NCBI GenBank assembly: GCA_040225955.1
Contig: JBECUL010000034.1
Location: 1-23,179 of the forward strand
Direction of reading: 5' to 3'
Length of the DNA: 23,179 bases
Source of the DNA: Candidatus Asgardarchaeum abyssi
GTDB taxonomy: Archaea; Asgardarchaeota; Asgardarchaeia; Asgardarchaeales; Asgardarchaeaceae
The translations under genes and the position numbers were made by a program. Position 1 is the stretch's first letter. Every line of letters starts with the position of its first letter. Below, piece by piece: positions 17,787 to 23,179 of the stretch. A model generated the notes under the pieces. It made no database searches and had not been told where the DNA came from. It worked only from the letters and a program-made list of their open reading frames with translations.

Positions 17787-20195
17787 ATGGAAATAAATAT
17801 AAAAATCATAGGAATGACTTGTGCATCATGTGCTAAAACAATAGAGTTAACGCTTATGGAAATAGATGGAATAAAAGAAGCTAAGGTTAACTTAGCAACA
17901 GAAAGTGCTCATATAAAATTTAACGAATCAAAGGTTAGCGTAACACAAATTATCAAAGCCATAGAAAGTATCGGTTATGGTGTGGTCAGAGAAAAAAGAG
18001 ATGCAATTATAAGAATTGGTGGAATGAGTTGCGCATCGTGTGTTAGAACGATAGAAACTACATTAAAAAGGAATCCTGGAATCCTAGATATTAAAGTAAA
18101 TTTAGCAACTGAAAAAGCTGCAGTCAGTTATGATCCAACATTAATCACCATGGAGGACATTAAAGTCACAATAGAGAAAATTGGATATAAGTTCTTGGGA
18201 GTTGAAAGTGAGGAAAGCACAGATATAGAAAGAGAAGCAAGAGAAAAATACCTCAGTGATACGAAGAAAAAGCTAATTGTTGCTTGGGTCTTTGGTGGAA
18301 TATTATCCATAATGGTCTATGGATGGCTTATTGGCCTTAATTTTGAGAACCCATACGCGACTTGGATTCAATTTATGCTAGCAACGCCTGTTATCATATA
18401 CTCTGGAAAGCAAATGCTCTTAGCCGCTATTAGAGCTCTAAGAAATAAAATACTTAATATGGATGTAATGTACTCTATGGGTGTTGGCTCAGCATATATG
18501 GCAAGTGTGTTAACAACGCTAAATATATTGCCACCAGATTATAATTTCTATGAGGCAAGTGTATTACTCTTAGCCTTTTTGTTACTTGGTAGATATTTAG
18601 AAAATATAGCAAAGGGAAGAACAAGTGAAGCAATTAAAAAATTAATGGGATTACAACCAAAGAAAGCAACTGTAATTAGAGACGGAAAAGAAATAGAGAT
18701 TCCAATAATGCAAGTTAAAGTAGGCGACATCGTAATAGTTAAACCTGGAGAAAAGATTCCTGTTGATGGAATCGTAATTGAGGGAGAGAGTTACGTTGAT
18801 GAATCAATGATTACTGGCGAGCCCATACCGAATTTAAAGAAAAAGGGAGACGAAGTAATAGGAGGAACTATTAACAAAAATTCCGTTCTGAAAATTGAAG
18901 CAAGAAGAGTCGGTAGAGATACTGTTTTAGCACAAATTATTAAGCTTGTAGAGGAAGCACAAAGCACTAGGCCACCAATACAAAGAGTTGCAGATAAAAT
19001 AATAACTTACTTTATTCCAGTTGTACTTCTAGTCGCTCTAACATCATTCATTTACTGGTTTTTCATCGATAAGCAACCACTACTCTTTGCATTCGTAACA
19101 TTGATTAGTGTTTTAGTAATTGCTTGTCCATGCGCTTTTGGTCTAGCAACTCCAACAGCTTTAGCGGTTGGAATGGGAAAAGGTGCTGAAATGGGAATTT
19201 TAATAAAAAATGGTGAGGTCTTGGAGATTGCAAGGAAAGCAACAATTGTACTCTTTGACAAGACAGGAACATTAACGAAAGGAAAATCTGAGGTTACTAA
19301 TATTATAGCCTTAAACTTTGATGATAAAGAACTTTTGAGTTTGGTTGCTTCTGCTGAGAAAAGGTCGGAACATCCTCTAGGAGAAGCTATAGTCAGAAAA
19401 GCTCAAGAACTTGGTTTGGAGATCAAAGAGCCTCAAAGCTTTGAAACAATAACTGGAATGGGAATAATGGCAGTAGTTGATGGAAAAGAAATTCTGGTTG
19501 GAAATAGAAAGCTGTTTCTTGAGAGAGGATACTCGATTGAAGAAGTTGAACATATCTTACATAAACTTGAAGATTTTGCAAAAACAACAATAATTGTCGC
19601 GGTAGATGGAAAAATAGCCGGGATAATTGGAATAGCTGATACTATTAAAAAGTATGCAAAAGAAGTAATAAAAGAACTCCATAAGATGGGCAAAAAGGTT
19701 GGAATAATTACGGGAGATAACCGAAGAACGGCTAAAGCCGTAGCTAAACAACTCAATGTGGATTATGTTTTAGCAGAGGTTTTACCACAAGATAAAGCAA
19801 ATGAAGTAAGGAAACTTCAGGAAAGGGGAGAAATAGTCATCTTTGTAGGGGATGGCATAAATGATGCTCCCGCATTAGCTCAAGCAGATATAGGAATAGC
19901 GGTAAGCTCTGGAACCGATATCGCAATGGAAAGTGGTGAAATTGTACTCATGAGAAACGACTTAAGAGATGTTGTTAAAGCAATAAAACTTAGCCAGAAA
20001 ACTCTTTCAAAGATAAAACAAAATTTCTTCTGGGCAATGATTTATAATTCAATCTTGATTCCCATAGCCGCTGGAGCTCTTTTTCCAACACTTAGAATAT
20101 TATTTAGGCCCGAATGGGCTGCTGGGGCTATGGCCGCAAGCAGTGTAACTGTCGTATCAAACTCATTGTTATTAAAGAGATATAATCCAAAATAA
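17787..20195 (+). CDS. copA: Cu(I)-exporting P1B-1 ATPase
   Basis: Two GMxCASC HMA domains; TGE, CPC, DKTGT, SEHP, GDGIND, YN and MAASS motifs; start ATG 17787 after GAGGTG. Confidence 0.97.
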   Translation: MEINIKIIGMTCASCAKTIELTLMEIDGIKEAKVNLATESAHIKFNESKVSVTQIIKAIESIGYGVVREKRDAIIRIGGMSCASCVRTIETTLKRNPGILDIKVNLATEKAAVSYDPTLITMEDIKVTIEKIGYKFLGVESEESTDIEREAREKYLSDTKKKLIVAWVFGGILSIMVYGWLIGLNFENPYATWIQFMLATPVIIYSGKQMLLAAIRALRNKILNMDVMYSMGVGSAYMASVLTTLNILPPDYNFYEASVLLLAFLLLGRYLENIAKGRTSEAIKKLMGLQPKKATVIRDGKEIEIPIMQVKVGDIVIVKPGEKIPVDGIVIEGESYVDESMITGEPIPNLKKKGDEVIGGTINKNSVLKIEARRVGRDTVLAQIIKLVEEAQSTRPPIQRVADKIITYFIPVVLLVALTSFIYWFFIDKQPLLFAFVTLISVLVIACPCAFGLATPTALAVGMGKGAEMGILIKNGEVLEIARKATIVLFDKTGTLTKGKSEVTNIIALNFDDKELLSLVASAEKRSEHPLGEAIVRKAQELGLEIKEPQSFETITGMGIMAVVDGKEILVGNRKLFLERGYSIEEVEHILHKLEDFAKTTIIVAVDGKIAGIIGIADTIKKYAKEVIKELHKMGKKVGIITGDNRRTAKAVAKQLNVDYVLAEVLPQDKANEVRKLQERGEIVIFVGDGINDAPALAQADIGIAVSSGTDIAMESGEIVLMRNDLRDVVKAIKLSQKTLSKIKQNFFWAMIYNSILIPIAAGALFPTLRILFRPEWAAGAMAASSVTVVSNSLLLKRYNPK

Positions 20196-20217
20196 GTCTT
20201 GAGACTTATAAAAGGAG

Positions 20218-20319
20218 ATGAAAAATATGATTAGGGATGTAATATTAAGGATTTTAGATGAGAGACATGGCATGGATGAAATGATGGATTTTAATCAGAT
20301 GTCCAACATGTGGCTTTAG
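20218..20319 (+). CDS. 33-aa Met-rich peptide, or truncated gene, downstream of copA
   Basis: MKNMIRDVILRILDERHGMDEMMDFNQMSNMWL*. The AGGAG SD fits the second ATG (20227). Confidence 0.4.
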   Translation: MKNMIRDVILRILDERHGMDEMMDFNQMSNMWL

Positions 20320-20353
20320 ATTAATCTAAAAAGAAGATAAAAATAAAGAAGAA

Positions 20354-22066
20354 TTAAGATTTCTTTCTTACTAAGAATAGAACTACTGAAACTATTATGG
20401 CTGCGGCTATGCCTCCTACCAAGTACAGAATTTCATATTCTATAGCTTGTACAGTTACCAGGATAGTAGTAGTATTTGTGTTTCCCAATTTATCTTTGAC
20501 TGTTATATATATTACATGTTCTCCTGGTATTAAGTTAGTAAAGGTGTATTGGGTGCTTTTATTAACATTTATCCATTCATTATCATCAAGTCTTATTTCA
20601 TAATGTGATACACCGCTACCAATGTCGTATCCCTCCCAACGTATAGTCATTGTTGTATTTCTAGTGATCGTATTATTCAAAGGAGAAAGAATTTTGATCC
20701 ATGGAGGGACCATATCTACCTTCACTGATATAACTTCTGAGAAGTTCTGAATTGCTTCAATGTATTGTGATTCAATCTCTGTAACAGGAAGTTCCTCAAT
20801 ACCATATACGTACTTCTCGAAAAATTCTGTGAAATTATAATTTGAGAATGTGTTTAGCTCCTCTAGTAGGTCTTCGGTTGATATAAGCTTTGGAGCCCAA
20901 TTATCATCAGTTGTGATATTATATTTTCTATAGAGGTGTCTCATAAAATCATTTAATGTTTTATTATCACTCTCAATTAGTATCTTATTGATAAGATATG
21001 CAACTAAGCCTCCTTTACAGTAATATGTATATGCATATTGTGTACCAAAGTATACAGGTAGATCGACAAGAGGTTTATCTAAATTGGTACCCAGCATAGT
21101 GTCTCGATAATAAGATATATCATGTGTTAACATACTAATTGTTTCTGAAAGATTCAACTGAATAATTCCATAGAAATGTTCAAATCCCTCAAGTATCCAC
21201 TTATCTGAATCCTCAGTCTCTGGATCAAAAGATTCAAAGTTTCTCTCAATTTTTAGTATTCCTCCGATCCAAGCGTGTCCTATTTCATGACTTAATCTTT
21301 CACCAAAACCTACTTGTACTATATCATCACCATATTGTAATCCTAACTCATCTTCACTAATTGTTGATGCATCATGGCGTATAACTATTCTGTATTCATC
21401 TAATGGAAAACTGCGATATACTGTCCAATGTCGATGGAAGTATACAAAGACATAATTTGCAAATGTACGCATGAAACTTAAACTAGGCGAAGGAGATAAA
21501 TTTTCATCAAATGCTACTGTAACATTTACACCATGCAAATAATATCTAAAAGTAGTAAATTTTTTAGTATCATACTGTAAGTAATCCTCAGGGAAGAAAT
21601 TATATTTAACTTGTTTGTAGTAAGTCCAATTGTACTTCGGTGCTCCTGGATAATTAGTATCAACCGGTGTAACAACAGTTTTTATTTCACTGTGCGCTAC
21701 TACAGTCCCATCTTTATGAATTACCACTATTTCATAACTGTATTGTGTTCCAAATTCAACCCAAGTATCAGTAAAATTATTAATTCTCGATGGAAGAATA
21801 GCAATAACACTTTCAAAAACTATGAAGTGCCGGATTACTTTTATAAACAAACTGGAGCTATTGAATGAAAGTTTCCAATTTAGTGAAACTGAATATGGTG
21901 ATAACGCAACAACGTTAAATTGAAGAATCTCTACGGTAGCTTTACTGCTTAGTAGGAGAGAGTCCCTCTTGTATGTATAAACTGAACTATGCGTTGTTTC
22001 TATAGAGATACTATTAAGTAGCAATAGAAATACTAAAATATAACATATAAGGTTCTTAAATCTCAT
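20354..22066 (-). CDS. Secreted, membrane-anchored zinc metallopeptidase (gluzincin) with FN3 and Ig-like domains
   Basis: Signal peptide; FN3-like SVSLNW...FTDTWVEFGTQYSYEI; HEIGHAW and WILEGF motifs; YCKG; DMVPP...SP Ig-like domain; C-terminal TM followed by RKKS. Confidence 0.88.
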   Translation of the reverse strand: MRFKNLICYILVFLLLLNSISIETTHSSVYTYKRDSLLLSSKATVEILQFNVVALSPYSVSLNWKLSFNSSSLFIKVIRHFIVFESVIAILPSRINNFTDTWVEFGTQYSYEIVVIHKDGTVVAHSEIKTVVTPVDTNYPGAPKYNWTYYKQVKYNFFPEDYLQYDTKKFTTFRYYLHGVNVTVAFDENLSPSPSLSFMRTFANYVFVYFHRHWTVYRSFPLDEYRIVIRHDASTISEDELGLQYGDDIVQVGFGERLSHEIGHAWIGGILKIERNFESFDPETEDSDKWILEGFEHFYGIIQLNLSETISMLTHDISYYRDTMLGTNLDKPLVDLPVYFGTQYAYTYYCKGGLVAYLINKILIESDNKTLNDFMRHLYRKYNITTDDNWAPKLISTEDLLEELNTFSNYNFTEFFEKYVYGIEELPVTEIESQYIEAIQNFSEVISVKVDMVPPWIKILSPLNNTITRNTTMTIRWEGYDIGSGVSHYEIRLDDNEWINVNKSTQYTFTNLIPGEHVIYITVKDKLGNTNTTTILVTVQAIEYEILYLVGGIAAAIIVSVVLFLVRKKS

Positions 22067-22188
22067 ATTTTCGTTATCCTCTTCAATATGGATAGATAAA
22101 GCTATATAGTGTTCCTCTTTAAAAACTTAACTAAAGTAATCTCAAATATCTCTAAGTGAAAAATATGTAACATAGTATAATGGTAAAA

Positions 22189-22430
22189 ATGGTTGAGCAT
22201 ACAACTATCAGAACATCCTTAAAAATTAAAAGAAAATTAGAAGCCTTTGTTAGAAAAATCTGTGCAAAAAGCTTAGCTAAGGCTATAAAAAAGATTAAAT
22301 CCCTGAGAGAGTGTATATAATAGATTTTTGGGAAACTTATACATTATCTTGGACAACTATAAATGAAATCACAAAAGAAGCAATAAGCTTGTTTACTAAA
22401 CATTGGAAGGTTAAAAACCTAAAAATTTGA
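22189..22430 (+). pseudogene. Decayed RHH antitoxin-like gene
   Basis: MVEHTTIRTSLKIKRKLE...KSLAKAIKK, then stops at 22318-22323, with a possible continuation in another frame. Confidence 0.35.
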
Positions 22431-22589
22431 AATGTATTATGTGTTAGGGAGCAAAAATGAATTAATTATAAAATTTTCCCCCTAACACTTTTTTACAAAA
22501 CTTAAGTCTAAATGACTATATAAATTGTATATGCAAATTGTGGAGTTATGATTATGAGTAAAATAGATTCGCATATCAATAAGAAACCA

Positions 22590-22739
22590 TTATCGACCTT
22601 CTCGTTCCCTTTTTCTATGTTTTTCACCACTATTTTTCATTTTATTGTCTTTAATTATGGTATCAAGAATGTTTTTTGAAGCTATTAATAAATCATCAAG
22701 AATTTCTTTAGCCTTTCTTTTCCTTTTTGATAGAGACAT
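22590..22739 (-). CDS. 49-aa basic hypothetical peptide or gene remnant
   Basis: MSLSKRKRKAKEILDDLLIASKNILDTIIKDNKMKNSGEKHRKREREGR*, preceded by GGTG. Confidence 0.3.
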   Translation of the reverse strand: MSLSKRKRKAKEILDDLLIASKNILDTIIKDNKMKNSGEKHRKREREGR

Positions 22740-22861
22740 TAGAAACACCATCTGCTTAAATTTTCGTTTCCTAATATTATAAACATTTTAAGATTGATAC
22801 TTTCTGATATGATAAAGTCATCGTGGTAATAAAATAAGATTTATTAAAAGTATATCGACTA

Positions 22862-22880
22862 TGAAAAAATAAGCGTAAAA
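22862..22880 (-). terminator. Oligo-U terminator of the putative ncRNA
   Basis: The minus strand reads UUUUACGCUUAUUUUUUCA directly after the closing stem. Confidence 0.55.
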
Positions 22881-23044
22881 GCATGGACAAGTAATTTAGC
22901 AGACCCAACTCAGTAGATCCTATCTGTTCCTAGATTGAACCTACACAGCAGCATGGTCTGTTTCCAGACAGTTACTGTGTAGGCCAATCTATTCCCAGAT
23001 TGAAACCACGAAAGATGAGTCTTTTGCCTTACTTGTCCTTTGCC
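22881..23044 (-). ncRNA. Putative ~165-nt rod-like structured RNA of unknown family
   Basis: Nested inverted repeats span the whole element. G-U pairs favour the minus strand, which also carries a GAAA tetraloop. There is no ORF, GC is higher than in the flanks, and the element has an upstream TATA box and a downstream U-tract. Confidence 0.75.
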
Positions 23045-23067
23045 TATTATATATATGTATGTCTAAC

Positions 23068-23080
23068 TATTTAAACTTTG
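23068..23080 (-). promoter_or_regulatory. BRE/TATA promoter for the putative ncRNA
   Basis: Minus strand CAAAG-TTTAAATA, ending ~24 nt before the first paired G (23044/23043). Confidence 0.6.
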
Positions 23081-23114
23081 TGTTTTTTTAGGTTAAAGGG
23101 CGCTCGATTAAAAG

Positions 23115-23179
23115 TTAGTGAATTATCCTTAAATTGAGTTTTACAGCCGATTCTACTCGATCACCACGCAAAATGACAC
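23115..23179 (-). CDS. Possible 3' end of a gene entering from the right edge
   Basis: The longest open minus-strand frame reads VILRGDRVESAVKLNLRIIH*. Confidence 0.3.
   Translation of the reverse strand, partial: VILRGDRVESAVKLNLRIIH

Noticed and set aside
1231-21868. Numerous short antisense or alternate-frame ORFs inside larger genes (e.g. 1231..1518, 2901..3224, 8849..9139, 12624..12941, 19433..19756, 21611..21868)
   Set aside because: Shadow ORFs of well-supported genes, without motifs of their own.
22881-23044. SRP RNA, SECIS, retron msr-msd or CRISPR interpretations of the hairpin
   Set aside because: It lacks the SRP helix-8 CAGG/AGCAG motifs and is too short for archaeal 7S. No UGA-containing selenoprotein gene or reverse transcriptase is seen in the window, and there is no repeat-spacer periodicity.

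Overview
AT-rich (roughly one-third GC by eye) archaeal accessory region. Evidence for an archaeon: TTTAWA-type TATA boxes, GGTGA/GGAGGT Shine-Dalgarno sites, leaderless starts and archaeal gene families. The host is probably a thermophilic anaerobe, but the lineage cannot be fixed from this window. From left to right: a nonsense-interrupted membrane protein gene, a decayed DDE transposase, and a large membrane-anchored protein with 10 CxxCxGxG repeats and SSUH2-like architecture, convergent with an operon of a Hanks kinase and a coiled-coil protein. Next come a GNAT, several toxin-antitoxin modules (two VapBC, a DUF6516/TumE-like pair with a gutted toxin, MNT-HEPN with a frameshift), a NifB/NifX-family pair, MscS, a methyltransferase and an ArsR-TM/ABC exporter operon. 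These are followed by an Lrp-divergent oxidative-stress cluster (peroxiredoxin, rubrerythrin, desulfoferrodoxin, small wHTH), a Thermococcales-type copR/copA copper locus and a surface gluzincin peptidase. The most striking unexplained element is a ~165-nt non-coding rod-like hairpin near the right end (22881-23044, minus strand), with its own TATA box and a U-rich terminator. It looks like an unannotated structured RNA gene. Family assignments come from motif recognition, not database searches.
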